From a virus, in the IMG/VR virus record IMGVR_UViG_3300023176_005537, positions 64,001 to 128,000 of that record: a stretch of DNA of 64,000 bases; one strand, 5' to 3'. Under the pieces are notes generated by a model, which was not told the origin of the DNA, did not search any database, and saw only the letters and a program-made list of their open reading frames with translations. Below are positions 33,101-42,430 of this stretch, piece by piece. Position 1 is the first letter of the stretch, and each line of letters starts with the position of its first letter. The position numbers and the translations under genes were made by a program.

Positions 33101-35567
33101 CTTTAGAGCAACAAACAAAAAGTTTTTGGATTTAAAAGGTGCAATCAACACCACTTCAAGTGCTGAAACTGAAACTTCCAATTACAGCGCAGATTTTTAT
33201 AAAGATTATGTTAATACTGAATTTTTGCAAGGTTTTAAAGTAGTTAAAGAAGATCACGATAAGATAGGAAAAACAGGCGAGGTAACCCTTACTTGTAAGG
33301 GCGTGAAAAAGTTTCTCCCAAAGCAAGGTTTTTATCCGATGAACCGTTCGGTTCAGCTTGGAACACTGTTTTCTCAATCAGTTGGGCCAAACTTAACCGC
33401 ATATACCAGCACAGAGCATGGCGCGGTTGAGACAAACCAAAACTCGGCAAAAGGGATATTCAAGACCAGCACCACAGATGGCGAGCTATACGGAACGTCA
33501 TTATATAATGAAGAGCAAATCAATGCCAATATGAGGCCGGCAATGCTTCAAGCCGCGCTGCAACCTTTCTTCGCCCCCGGCATTTTCTTTAATACTATCA
33601 AGTCCGGTATCGCTGTTGACTTTCTCTTGGAAAGCCAGCAAGGGTGGGCAACAGATTCATACACTAGCTTTATAAAAGGAAACTTTGACCATTTTCCATC
33701 TTCTTCAAACGTGATTACTGGAATGGGTGATCCAATTCGAGTTCCATTTGAAGCATTGACAGATTTGAACAAGTTTCCAACTAATTTGGACATTCCTTAT
33801 TTGTGCCCTAGTTTCGTCACTGGCACACTAGAGTTTGGAGGTCAATCTAGACCTTTTGTGACTTTTAAATGGGATGGGACAAAGGCTTCTAATCTTTATG
33901 AAAAGGCAATGAACAATTACTTGGCAGAGTCTGCCAACTTCTTTTTGAGAGAAAAAAGCTTTACTTCTTTTGTGTCCGATGTCGAAGAAAACTTTAAATT
34001 GTTTGAGACCGGTAAAACTTATTATATGGATATCGCTTTGCAACAAACTTCCAACCATGTCATGTTTAACGAGATTTGGGTTGAAAACGAAGGAACAGGC
34101 TCTAACCTTTTACAGACAATTTTTACAGATCCGGGAAGAAAAGGAAGAGCATTCGGTCCTCCTTTTGGTGTCGATCGCACCGATGGCGAATGGTATGCAG
34201 GTGGTAATGCTGGGTTGGACATTTCTGCTTCCTACATAGCTTCTGATCCATCTTATGCGCCTTATACTCCGCCTTATTTTTATGGGAAGAGTGTGGCTAG
34301 GGTTGCATTTACACCGACAGAAACTAGAAGATATACATTAGAAGAAGTTCAAAGAAGTTCTAGTATCACCTACTTTAACGAAGGGTTGGATGGAGATCCA
34401 ATTGAGGGAACTGCAACTTACAATGGTGCGGCTATTGATTATCAAATGCTTCTCTCTTCGAGTGTCAATTTACTGGGTAAAATAACACAGCCAGATATCA
34501 AGGTTGTGACAAGAGATTTACAGTCAGTTGTTCGGCAAAAAGAACTTTCTTCAACGTCCGATCTATCAATTGAGACGACAAATGTCTTAACGGACAACCT
34601 TTTAAATATTAACAACGTATTTCAACCACAAGCCGATGTATCAATTGAGCTTGGCGAACCTTTGAATACGAACAAGGCATCTTGGAGAATTTCTACTAAA
34701 TATGAATGCCCCGTTTTGAACTTCTACGAACAAGAAGCGGTTGCTTTCCACTCTCGTGGGATGTGGAGTGGCTTGGGTGAATTGCCAACCAACGAAAAAG
34801 AAGGTATCTTCCTTTCTGTTTTGCCAAGTTTTTCCGGTTCTTACTTTGCAGTAAACAATACCGGCTCTTTGGCGGATCAATTGGGTTTTAAACCAGAAAA
34901 GAAAAGAATTGGAGCAATCGCAGAAAAAACTGTTATCAAAGAAGCAATTGTTGCTATTCCTTTCTTGGAAAGAGAAAATATCTCACAAGAAGAAGCGGAT
35001 TTGACTGTTATTGAAAAGCAAAACTTCTTCTCTGTTGACCGTGATGTCTTGGAGCAGCAGATAAAAGACAATAAAGACACTACGCTAACAAGAATGTATA
35101 GAAGAATGCAAAACTATGTTATTCCGCCTAACTACAACTTTGTTAAGTATAGAGATATCAATCCTTTTGTTATGTATCTTTTTGAATTTGATGTTGAATT
35201 CGACCAACAAGACCTAGCCTATATGTGGCAAGGTGTTATGCCAGACGCTTCCTTGACTGGAAATGAAGAATTTGACGAAGTTACAATCAAGCATATGACT
35301 GGAAAAGATGAATTCTTCCATGGAAAAGAGATCCCATCAGATGTTCGTTGGTTGATCTTTAAAGTTAAACAAAAAGCAAGAAAAGATTATTTAGATGTAG
35401 TTAATTTGAGAGAGACAGCAATTGACGATTATGGTTACAACTGGCCATACGACTACTGCTCCATTGTTGAGATGGCAAAAGTGGAAGCAACTCTTAAAAT
35501 TGTGCCAAAAGATACAACAGAAGAAGCAGGTGTCAAACTTGGAAAGATTTTGGAAGGTGAAGAATAA
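27111..35567 (+). CDS. Giant baseplate/tail protein (2818 aa) with a LamG/ConA-like domain and a gp7/gpI-like segment
   Basis: TVEFWLK..DDNWHHYAVSF..FDEFRYW (LamG-like); IYKSKGT motif typical of baseplate wedge gp7/gpI-like proteins. Confidence 0.7.
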   Translation: MSKKDLFKKQNPNKFISSANYDKLKEEVESKDFIKEKIKTQKSFTPRTDFSKPENFARYGLAEEYYRTSVEYIYNSYPYDGSLYEREDWYNRGTYLDQYIFENLYPRTNGYVVLGDGWGTQDATVGDYSLSTQSEYIGFTGGPHLGFDPDGDRAKSKANLFKASKNRENNLKLDLEDGVTVEFWLKKGAFNNALTKKEVLFDLWNNNLSSSADYGRLTIELSASAVPSDPVFLVTCQSGTVGYFQEEIGNLTTAAIADDNWHHYAVSFASASSGVSTKFYRDGQYVEEKVLGTAFSDATAAKMSANIGALVNAPSGNVYHGEEMLGYGKVLSSSFDEFRYWKTERNAKQIFQNYNNQVGGGTNTDDANTLLGVYFKFNEGVTGTDTDKTVLDYSGRVSNGSWTGYEAGDRNVGSAIVSASASSYEYKDPIIYSFHPDVSTLKSNLENSGSVHDNLNTSALFFSLPSWIIEEDESYGGENLRHLTQIMGSYLDTLYLQIEELKDIKSVEYTSGSVKPLPFGDRLLSDKGMLVPELFVDMDIVEQLYNRNEKTDYQTDLTKIKNKIYENLYNNLTHIYKSKGTYDSFRNTLNSLGISQKIVDINLYSNNAQYEILDNTKLIMDNKKKINFKDPDNNSATIHQFSSSAEPSKSFISGSGVGKYYYTPITIDSCLTLPSDKIGANFYYQAITNSYLTCSLFGFHDVDETQAETDLTWLASDQNQVQAHAIRPTLKTPDGYFLLTGSVGGANIELTSSTVKDLFTNTNWNVSVRFKHINYPLTQRVSGAFDVDADAYLLEFSGYNASTNYIENEFKVTASVSEVQGLLFSEASKRLYVGAHRENFTGSVYQNGYSFAKISNINFWYNYLSDNDLKSHLRDLHNYGITNSERDAYLLDSNYPTKVKNIDTLMLRWDFETVTGSDSSGNFTVNDLGNFQGDTENQYYHSGKGFGFEASSTDVVKKEKVATYKLAPYDTVSSNEMISILSQDDDVFSLDKRPINYYFAAEKSFYKAVDDRILEYFSTLKDFNNLVGETANRYRPEYKQLKKYRQYFFNKVQNELDFERFLDYYKWVDTSIAMVIEQLIPATAEFSSTVWNVIESHVLERNKFQHKLPVIKPQTVYETTIQAAPNSYPFSTKGNKALNLQNANPLTASSFLSASVGAQSTFFLSGTVKNIASINTNNVNRKLYISGSDQLNTIGVPRTLLKDQKGSVASDGFHSVMITEIKGNDDYFLDPFASVVTTTDSIQISGVVDYTLPTRLSQPQFIRTRFAAPGGYEVTSLGYLDFETSQYSVYNNMNYRNAIVRKALDEIYSAPDDDPTILANPEDGSYFLGVYRNPRKEYVTSAAGFVTQSFFDNGFVQYPIPASDLQYDWIEKSYSSSNLEFLLNQTGSEEITFKPETFFSWVASPGSATNIYGAEVNSNTNTSTVVLETPSASNNYFSSIGKFGYNTWLQTRNGDSLVVRTHKKNNTLSVDDRLPILQLENSNGQRVVEKGLVANSFTNYTEPLVIKKYKPIRHVFVLNTEAEEFIEVQSSYAGKLASFSNRELNAKFNLDNVKVDTGYEKVKQLYLNNAKIDGNPIKGWTSVEYSERVWPKEKFEGVSSHRDKPNYDSTSEQLLDILGTANTFWQKEGEQTIRKRGGRLDAEVRKAPVYTNAKNSMGHKSIYSENVFPLSDYAVTPEEDRYFDGEEFYIASANAGTSGLGGLPATFTVGDKVTFTINETAYELTASATDNDGYNSWFRHTEYGQSLQYLANTINQHPIVSQHVLAGHLIISSSSPADSHKLGLYLTTPNGGNNISVEVSSSEEGAWVETSGPNVRTVYSKEDGELNSSFYAFYTPVKYKENYFYQTKEFGHAAPLNNRGFKNEGIFGSGRAMKNAQYLVDFGLDELAVAGITITASVSSSLFADGIYNHYLPTASLSYVNKVKSPVGTGSVYQLREITPYHGHTYRVPALSEREPFFASFAEYNESIKFLTDDYAIVPEFNISEHMPYYVDQKGANFRATNKKFLDLKGAINTTSSAETETSNYSADFYKDYVNTEFLQGFKVVKEDHDKIGKTGEVTLTCKGVKKFLPKQGFYPMNRSVQLGTLFSQSVGPNLTAYTSTEHGAVETNQNSAKGIFKTSTTDGELYGTSLYNEEQINANMRPAMLQAALQPFFAPGIFFNTIKSGIAVDFLLESQQGWATDSYTSFIKGNFDHFPSSSNVITGMGDPIRVPFEALTDLNKFPTNLDIPYLCPSFVTGTLEFGGQSRPFVTFKWDGTKASNLYEKAMNNYLAESANFFLREKSFTSFVSDVEENFKLFETGKTYYMDIALQQTSNHVMFNEIWVENEGTGSNLLQTIFTDPGRKGRAFGPPFGVDRTDGEWYAGGNAGLDISASYIASDPSYAPYTPPYFYGKSVARVAFTPTETRRYTLEEVQRSSSITYFNEGLDGDPIEGTATYNGAAIDYQMLLSSSVNLLGKITQPDIKVVTRDLQSVVRQKELSSTSDLSIETTNVLTDNLLNINNVFQPQADVSIELGEPLNTNKASWRISTKYECPVLNFYEQEAVAFHSRGMWSGLGELPTNEKEGIFLSVLPSFSGSYFAVNNTGSLADQLGFKPEKKRIGAIAEKTVIKEAIVAIPFLERENISQEEADLTVIEKQNFFSVDRDVLEQQIKDNKDTTLTRMYRRMQNYVIPPNYNFVKYRDINPFVMYLFEFDVEFDQQDLAYMWQGVMPDASLTGNEEFDEVTIKHMTGKDEFFHGKEIPSDVRWLIFKVKQKARKDYLDVVNLRETAIDDYGYNWPYDYCSIVEMAKVEATLKIVPKDTTEEAGVKLGKILEGEE

Positions 35568-36619
35568 TGGAATTTTTTGATAAAAAAGAAGAAGTTATGG
35601 AAATTCAATTAACTTCCTATGGTCGTCAATTACTTTCCAAAGGAATGATGAAACCAGCTTATTATGCTTTTTTTGATGATGGAATTATGTATGATGGTGC
35701 GAAAGGTGGCTTAACAGAAGTTCAAAACGATGTTCAATATCGTGTTAAAAACGAAACAATCTTTATGAAAGATGTTGACGATTATGAACAAGCAGATCGT
35801 TTTGCAAAAAATCCCATTCTTATTCCAGATGAATTTGAAAAAAACGTTTTGCCACTTATGGATTTCAACTCAACGTTTGAAAACCAACTTGGGGCATCTA
35901 GAAATACAAATAACAACGCCCCTGCTTGGGCTGTTTCTTGTTTTTCAGCAGAGATTACAGGATCTAACAATTTCCTAACAGCATCAGCAGAAAGCAGAGA
36001 CATTCCAATCCCGCAGATCAATATTGATCGAGAAAGCATTCAATATGAAGTTAGACCAAGTTCTGAAAACGTTGATCAATTTAATGAATTGGAGCCTTGC
36101 GAGAGAGAGGAAAGTGCTTTCTTTAATTCAGAGGTTGTTTTTGGAGATGGAACAACTTTGGAAATCAAAGAAGGCAAGATTTTATTGAAGGTGGAGGAGA
36201 AAAACACCCTCTCTTTGAAAGATAACTTTGAAATTGAAGTGTTTGAAGTTGTTGATTTGAAAGAAACTCCTGTATCTGCGACAAATACTGAATTTTTAGT
36301 ACCATTAAAGTTTCTCAAAGAAGAAAAACAAATTCAAAACAATCTTTTGGTTGAACCTGATACGGAAATTCTAGATTCATTAGACAAAGTTAACAATGGA
36401 TTTGTTTCTTATTATTTAGATATATCATATGATGCAGACGTTGATGAGGTTTTGGTTTGTAAAAACGAAGAAAAAGACGACACAACACTTTTCTTTAAAA
36501 ATCCAATCAACTGTGAGGAAGTAATTTCTCGACAAGGAGCAGAGTCTGTTTATGATAACAACCTAGGAGAAGGCGGAATTGATTTGTTTATTTCAACGTT
36601 GGACGAGGAGTGTGAATAA
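35567..36619 (+). CDS. Putative baseplate-associated structural protein
   Basis: N-terminus LTSYGRQLLSKG...YAFFDD.I.YD is paralogous to that of 42431-43357. Confidence 0.55.
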   Translation: MEFFDKKEEVMEIQLTSYGRQLLSKGMMKPAYYAFFDDGIMYDGAKGGLTEVQNDVQYRVKNETIFMKDVDDYEQADRFAKNPILIPDEFEKNVLPLMDFNSTFENQLGASRNTNNNAPAWAVSCFSAEITGSNNFLTASAESRDIPIPQINIDRESIQYEVRPSSENVDQFNELEPCEREESAFFNSEVVFGDGTTLEIKEGKILLKVEEKNTLSLKDNFEIEVFEVVDLKETPVSATNTEFLVPLKFLKEEKQIQNNLLVEPDTEILDSLDKVNNGFVSYYLDISYDADVDEVLVCKNEEKDDTTLFFKNPINCEEVISRQGAESVYDNNLGEGGIDLFISTLDEECE

Positions 36620-39042
36620 TGTCGATATTTGATGACTATATGGACGCAATACAGATTCCCTCAACAGACGGGGTCGGGCCAAGTAACGCTCCAACCCCAT
36701 CTGTTGGAACTCCAACTTTCTCACCCGGAGAAGATCCATCTATTACTCCATCTCCGGCAGAAAATGCAGGATTTATCCCCGCTGCGGAAGATGCTGACCC
36801 AGTTCCGATGCCAGTTTCAAGTGGTGGTGGGGACATACACCCTTTTTTGAAGACTATTCACGCTTCTTTTCCTATGCCAGAGATTATTGATCTTAAGTTG
36901 AATGACCGTGGCCCTCTTTTAAACAAAACTTTGTCAATCAAAGTTAAAGTTTCCGGAGATTTCTTATCAGATGAGTGGTTTTGGGAAGATTTTCTAGAAT
37001 ATTTCAAACTCAAAGCTTATTTGGTACCAAACACAGACAAATTAGAGAATGAAAGTATTACAAGGACTTCTCTTTTTGATGATTATGTCGGCTATACAGG
37101 TCAAATCGACTTTAAAAGAGAGAAGAAATCACTTTTAAGCATAACTGATCTTGAAAATAAGAGCAATAAATTAGAAAATAAGTATTTCTTCGAAGCACAG
37201 ATTGAAATCCCAGAGAGGCTCTTAACAGACCAATACGAGCATTATGTCGTAGTTCGCACTTTTTTCAGCCAGCCTGACTTTTCCAGAGATTTTTTGAACA
37301 ATACGAAAAATCAAGTATTAGATATGTTGAATAGTGAAAACAATGGACTATGGGATGCAATAAAGATTGAGAAAACATCTAGTTCCGAAGTTGTTTCTTA
37401 TAAAAGGATTAGAGCTTACTATATTAATGATGGCTCCCAAGAGTTTTGGAACGGTGCATTCTCTTTTTTCTCTCAAAATCAGAAATACTATGCAAGTGGT
37501 GATGTCAGTGATGATGTTAGAAACAATCTCTCACCCAGACAGCTTTTCTTTATGGATGTTTTGTTCTCAAAACAAGATCTCTCTGATGATCTGTTGAAGC
37601 CGGTTGTAAGTAATTTAAAAACAGTAGATAAAAAACTGGACATTGGTTTAAACAAGAAAATACAAACAATTCAAATCCCAACTCCAAATTCTGATATTTA
37701 TTTATCAAAGGAAAAGAGCGGAGATGTAAAGGTTTTGTTTTCTTTGGATCTGTTCGAGCTTATTAAACAACATTCAGAACTTCCAGAAAGCCTTTTAGAT
37801 TTTGTTCAAAAAGGGTTGACAGGGAATACAGTAAAAACATTTGAAATATATGACAGGGGAGCCGCAACAGTAGCTTCTGGTCGTCATCAATACTCGCTGG
37901 AAGTTAAAATTTCAGAAACATTCAGGCAGAATGTGGAAACTTTGATCAAAAGGTTGACAAATTCTCAAAGATTGTTGAATAATGCCTTTGAAGAGGCCAA
38001 AAAAGAAGAAAATTATGATGAAGTAACAAAAGAGTTTTCTAGAAGTTTCGCTGAAACTGGCGGAAATGGTATGCAAAATGACATTGATCAGGTTGCAAAT
38101 GAAGTTTATGATGCTTTAACTACCAACTTTTTAGCTGATTTTGCGATTGGCTCTCTTACTTTGAAGAGAAAAAGAGTAAAAGAAGAGATCTTCAAAAAAG
38201 AAGAAGACCAATTCACCGGTGAAGACGTTGTTTTAAGTTATACCACACCCATAACTCTTTTTACAGATGTTATTTCAGCCGGTGAAATACAAATGTTTTC
38301 TTTTGAAGAAGTTACTTATAGCCCAAGCCTTTCCTACACTAGGGAAGAGTTTATGCAAAGCTACAATCTGAATAACACAGACGTTGAGCAGTTTAAAAAT
38401 CTTCAAAAGAATATCGAAGACTTTGTCGTTTCTTTGCAGCAGTTGACAAATGCAAAAGATTTAGAAACTAAAAATGTGAAAAACCAATCAAATCAAAATA
38501 AAGCCAGACAAGTTAGGCTAGATCCAATTAAATTTGTATTTAAAAACATTTTTGTTCCTGCTAGCTACAATGAAGCGTTTGAATATAGCGAGGAAGTTCT
38601 TTTCTCTGGTGAACAAGAAACAATAGAGAAAGAAGAGGTGTTGACTTTCCCACAAGGTGTCGTATATAACTTTATTCCATCGGCAACCACCGGTGAACAG
38701 CCGGATAAAAAACTGAAACAGTTAGAAAGATTGGATGAAGGAGACAAAAAGTTTATTTTCTCTGATAATTTGGGAATGTCTTTTGAGAATGTTGCATTTA
38801 ATGATGCACTTTCTAAAGTTGGTGCAAAAGTTCCGACTGCAACAGTCAGATTGGAATACCTTTCAGGGTATCAAAAGAGCCCAAACAAAGAAAATATTAT
38901 GAGATCGCCCATCTTCCTAGAGTACAGCGAGCCTCTGGAAGAAGGAAAGACTTACTTATTTAGAGCAAAGCCGATCCAGAAAGATTCTCAATTTGCTATT
39001 TATAATGAATACTTCATTAGAGAAGAGAGGTCTAGAGAATAA
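36619..39042 (+). CDS. Hypothetical virion protein with a Pro-rich N-terminus
   Basis: 807-aa ORF, TAATG-coupled, GAGGAG RBS. Confidence 0.6.
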   Translation: MSIFDDYMDAIQIPSTDGVGPSNAPTPSVGTPTFSPGEDPSITPSPAENAGFIPAAEDADPVPMPVSSGGGDIHPFLKTIHASFPMPEIIDLKLNDRGPLLNKTLSIKVKVSGDFLSDEWFWEDFLEYFKLKAYLVPNTDKLENESITRTSLFDDYVGYTGQIDFKREKKSLLSITDLENKSNKLENKYFFEAQIEIPERLLTDQYEHYVVVRTFFSQPDFSRDFLNNTKNQVLDMLNSENNGLWDAIKIEKTSSSEVVSYKRIRAYYINDGSQEFWNGAFSFFSQNQKYYASGDVSDDVRNNLSPRQLFFMDVLFSKQDLSDDLLKPVVSNLKTVDKKLDIGLNKKIQTIQIPTPNSDIYLSKEKSGDVKVLFSLDLFELIKQHSELPESLLDFVQKGLTGNTVKTFEIYDRGAATVASGRHQYSLEVKISETFRQNVETLIKRLTNSQRLLNNAFEEAKKEENYDEVTKEFSRSFAETGGNGMQNDIDQVANEVYDALTTNFLADFAIGSLTLKRKRVKEEIFKKEEDQFTGEDVVLSYTTPITLFTDVISAGEIQMFSFEEVTYSPSLSYTREEFMQSYNLNNTDVEQFKNLQKNIEDFVVSLQQLTNAKDLETKNVKNQSNQNKARQVRLDPIKFVFKNIFVPASYNEAFEYSEEVLFSGEQETIEKEEVLTFPQGVVYNFIPSATTGEQPDKKLKQLERLDEGDKKFIFSDNLGMSFENVAFNDALSKVGAKVPTATVRLEYLSGYQKSPNKENIMRSPIFLEYSEPLEEGKTYLFRAKPIQKDSQFAIYNEYFIREERSRE

Positions 39043-39044
39043 AA

Positions 39045-42000
39045 ATGGCTGATACAAAAATTACTAATATTTGCCAAGAAGAGTCCGACTTTTTCTTGGA
39101 TTTGTCTCCAACCGGCCCGAGCACTTTCTTGCCATTTACACTGGTTGAATCACAGCCGAATATTATAAAAGGCAAGAACCTTCGTTCAAAGCATTTGAGA
39201 ATTATTTCCAAAGACATTTATTTTGGTTCTTTGGGTAGCAGTGTTGATATCTTTCGCTCTTCGGAATATGGATTTGGTGGATTTGACACCTCTAGAGATA
39301 ACGGTACACTCTCTTTAAGAAAGAGGACAGCACCCAGTCAGGTAGAGTTTTATACGCTTGAAATTAATAAAAATACTATATCATATGATGTTCCCTCGAC
39401 TGCGGAAGGTAAGGCTCTCCTAGACTTTGAAAAATACGTTAAAGGAAAAGAATTTGTTTATTTGAACTTTGTTTTAGATGTGCCTTTCTCTCAAGAGGAG
39501 GTGAGACAAAACCAAATCTCTTCTGGAAGACCAGACCATCAATCAGGGTTTGTTGACAATGATCCTAGGATTTCTACTTTTCAATCTGAATTTGTTTATA
39601 ACCTTTATTTGAGAGATTATGAAAAGCTGATCGAAAGAACAAATCAAGAAGAATGGATTATTCCAAATGCACATATGTTTTCTTTCTTGAAGGAAAGTTT
39701 GACAGATCAAGATGTTAAAAACTTTGATAAAGAATATTTGGAACTTATGTCGTATGGCGGGAATGAGGACGAACTGAAAGGTAGAATGACTGCCAAAAAC
39801 TTTAGCTTTCAAGAATATCAAAATGGTTATCTTCCGGCAAAAGAAAATTACTTTAAAAGTGCTCCACAAACTACAAAAAACAAAGCAAAAAACTATGTTG
39901 TAACCCAAGATGATGTTATTGAATATAATCAATTGGCAGAACAATATAGAGGTGGTGCAAACTTTGGTTTCTATTTGGAGTTTCCATATGAACCCCCAAC
40001 TCTTACTGGGAAAGAAGATGATCTGGATGACTTTAAAAACCTTTTCAAAAAAACAAACACTGATTTAAATTTGTATGACTTGGTGATCAAAACTGATAAA
40101 GATTTGCCGGCCAGAACTGCTTTTGGCATTCCTCCGGGGCAGTCTATCGATCAGGAAGTGTCCGATTTTATCAATAATGCAAACCCTTCAAGCTTCGAGT
40201 ATATTTCTCAACTTTCTTTTGTTGAGTTCGGAAATTTAGGGAAAGCAAAATTACCTTTAGATTTCTCCTTGGATAAAACGAAGTATAAAACTTGGGATTT
40301 GACAGAGTTTTTCTTAAAATATGGCAAGATAGTCAATAAAGTTCAAAACAATGCTGTATTATCCGATATCTTAAACATCTCTTCCAATGAAGATGTCACT
40401 GTTCTAGGTGAGTCAAGCGAAGCGATACAAAAATATCAAACAAATCCAACATACAGCTTTTTTCAAAAACTTATGACAGAGACGGCAAATATAGGTTTCA
40501 GTAATTTGGTCAATAAAAACAGCTTAACAGCAAAGCAGTGCTTTATTGACTCTAGCGAGACCCCTCACGAAATTTTGTTTTATAAGATCACTAAAAAAGA
40601 TCGAAATGGTAATCAACTTCAAACATTTATATTACCATCACCGGCAGAAGAAAGCAAAACAAGAAGAAAGTTGTTGAACTTTTTCGATGCACAAGTTAAG
40701 TATGATAAACAATACGAGTACGAGATCAATGCTTATCCTCTTGTATTAGCAAAGAAGTATTCTTATCTAGATAGTAATATAATTCAAACAACGGACGAAT
40801 TGAGATTTAGTATATTTTTTAAGTTTATGAGTTATTTTGTAATTGATTTTATTAAGACTATGAAATTTAAGATTGTAGTTGTAGGTAAAAAATTAAAATA
40901 TGATTTTAAAGTTATTTCACAAGTTATAAAAGATTACATCAATAACTTTCCCAAGAAATCAAAAATGGCGTTCCAAAATGCAAAATCCAAGATTATCTTT
41001 TTTGAAATTTTGGCAGATATTCAATTGGATTTTGACAATTTGTTAAAAAAGATAGAAAATTCTTTAGACTTCAGTAAGATTAACTCTGCTAGTAAGATTT
41101 CTGTAACAGAATTAAACACAATCAAGACAGTTGTTGCAAAACATTACTACAATCAGAGTATTTTTAGCTATAGAAAGACAGCAGCTATACCCAGAGACTC
41201 ACAAGTGGGCAAAAAACTGCTCTCTCTTTTGGGAAGTTTTAAATACGATAATAGCCTCGCGCAGCTATTTTTAGACAAGTTCACGCCCGGAGCAATAAAC
41301 CTGCAAGGTGTCAAGCTTAAAACGTCTGAAACGAAGCTTTTGGCGATATCAAAAGATTTTACAAAATTAGAAAAAGAATTATCTTTGTACAAAAATGCGA
41401 ACTTGAATCAAACTACCTTTGATGTTTTAGAGATTAAAGTAGAAGATTACATTGTTCTTATGGAGGTTCCATTATTCTCTATTGAAGGGAGGGTTTTGGA
41501 AAATCCCCCAATCTATCCGGAAGTCAATTTTTCTGGTGTGAAAGGAAAGAACAATCAAATCTTTATTAGTTTGAAAACGCAAACTACAAGAATGTATGAA
41601 AAGCCTATCCCTTTTAATGACATTGAAGAAGATTATTTTAATAATCTGATCAAAAGCAAGGGAACTGATCGGAACGGAAGGTTGCTTTTTAAAACAGACG
41701 ATGAAAATAGAAAGTTCCAAATATTTAGATTGGAAGAAAAGCCAAAGTCCTACAAAGACTTTGATCAAAAAATAAGAAGAGAGATCAATCTTCAAGGAAA
41801 GTATGCCGGAGCAACCTATAAAGACCGCTTGCTTCCAAATAAAAAGTATTATTACACTTTTAGATCGATGGATGTCCACGACAACCTTTCAAATCCATCG
41901 CCGGTTTATGAAGTTGTCGTCAATGATCAAGCTGGGTTTATATTCCCAGAGTTTAAAGTAGTTCAATTGGAAGACAAAGATTACTACCAGTACACACAAT

Positions 42001-42389
42001 CTTTCAGAAAATACTTGGAAATCAAACCAAGCTTCGAAAATACAATCATAGATACAGAAATAACTGACAACTTTAAATCAGCATATGGCTTGGGGCTTGG
42101 AGGTGTTGCGCCTTTGGGTTCTGGAGTGGATAATGCTTGGGGTAAAAAGTTTAAAGTTAGGATTACATCGAAATCAAGTGGTAAAAAGATCGATGTTAAT
42201 TTTGACTTTACAAAGAAATACGTTGGTGATATTGTGACAACCTCTGATGTTGCTGGATATGGAAAGTTGGATGAAGAAGACAGGAAAAACATGGTCACAC
42301 TACCAGAAAGTCAAAGACCACCAACACAAGAGTTAGGACAAACAACAATCCTAGAAGATAGTGACTTCTTTAAACGAAAAGAAGAATAA
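39045..42389 (+). CDS. Hypothetical virion protein with FnIII-like segments
   Basis: D..VKYDKQYEYEI and D.L.PNKKYYY.FRS.D...SNPS patterns. Confidence 0.55.
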   Translation: MADTKITNICQEESDFFLDLSPTGPSTFLPFTLVESQPNIIKGKNLRSKHLRIISKDIYFGSLGSSVDIFRSSEYGFGGFDTSRDNGTLSLRKRTAPSQVEFYTLEINKNTISYDVPSTAEGKALLDFEKYVKGKEFVYLNFVLDVPFSQEEVRQNQISSGRPDHQSGFVDNDPRISTFQSEFVYNLYLRDYEKLIERTNQEEWIIPNAHMFSFLKESLTDQDVKNFDKEYLELMSYGGNEDELKGRMTAKNFSFQEYQNGYLPAKENYFKSAPQTTKNKAKNYVVTQDDVIEYNQLAEQYRGGANFGFYLEFPYEPPTLTGKEDDLDDFKNLFKKTNTDLNLYDLVIKTDKDLPARTAFGIPPGQSIDQEVSDFINNANPSSFEYISQLSFVEFGNLGKAKLPLDFSLDKTKYKTWDLTEFFLKYGKIVNKVQNNAVLSDILNISSNEDVTVLGESSEAIQKYQTNPTYSFFQKLMTETANIGFSNLVNKNSLTAKQCFIDSSETPHEILFYKITKKDRNGNQLQTFILPSPAEESKTRRKLLNFFDAQVKYDKQYEYEINAYPLVLAKKYSYLDSNIIQTTDELRFSIFFKFMSYFVIDFIKTMKFKIVVVGKKLKYDFKVISQVIKDYINNFPKKSKMAFQNAKSKIIFFEILADIQLDFDNLLKKIENSLDFSKINSASKISVTELNTIKTVVAKHYYNQSIFSYRKTAAIPRDSQVGKKLLSLLGSFKYDNSLAQLFLDKFTPGAINLQGVKLKTSETKLLAISKDFTKLEKELSLYKNANLNQTTFDVLEIKVEDYIVLMEVPLFSIEGRVLENPPIYPEVNFSGVKGKNNQIFISLKTQTTRMYEKPIPFNDIEEDYFNNLIKSKGTDRNGRLLFKTDDENRKFQIFRLEEKPKSYKDFDQKIRREINLQGKYAGATYKDRLLPNKKYYYTFRSMDVHDNLSNPSPVYEVVVNDQAGFIFPEFKVVQLEDKDYYQYTQSFRKYLEIKPSFENTIIDTEITDNFKSAYGLGLGGVAPLGSGVDNAWGKKFKVRITSKSSGKKIDVNFDFTKKYVGDIVTTSDVAGYGKLDEEDRKNMVTLPESQRPPTQELGQTTILEDSDFFKRKEE

Positions 42390-42393
42390 AAGA

Positions 42394-42401
42394 CTATTTA
42401 T
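42394..42401 (+). promoter_or_regulatory. Candidate late promoter (CTATTTAT)
   Basis: Same 8-mer in three short intergenic gaps upstream of late-type genes (42394, 51249, 59969). Confidence 0.5.
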
Positions 42402-42430
42402 TTTAAGTTTTATAAATTAGGAGACTAAAA

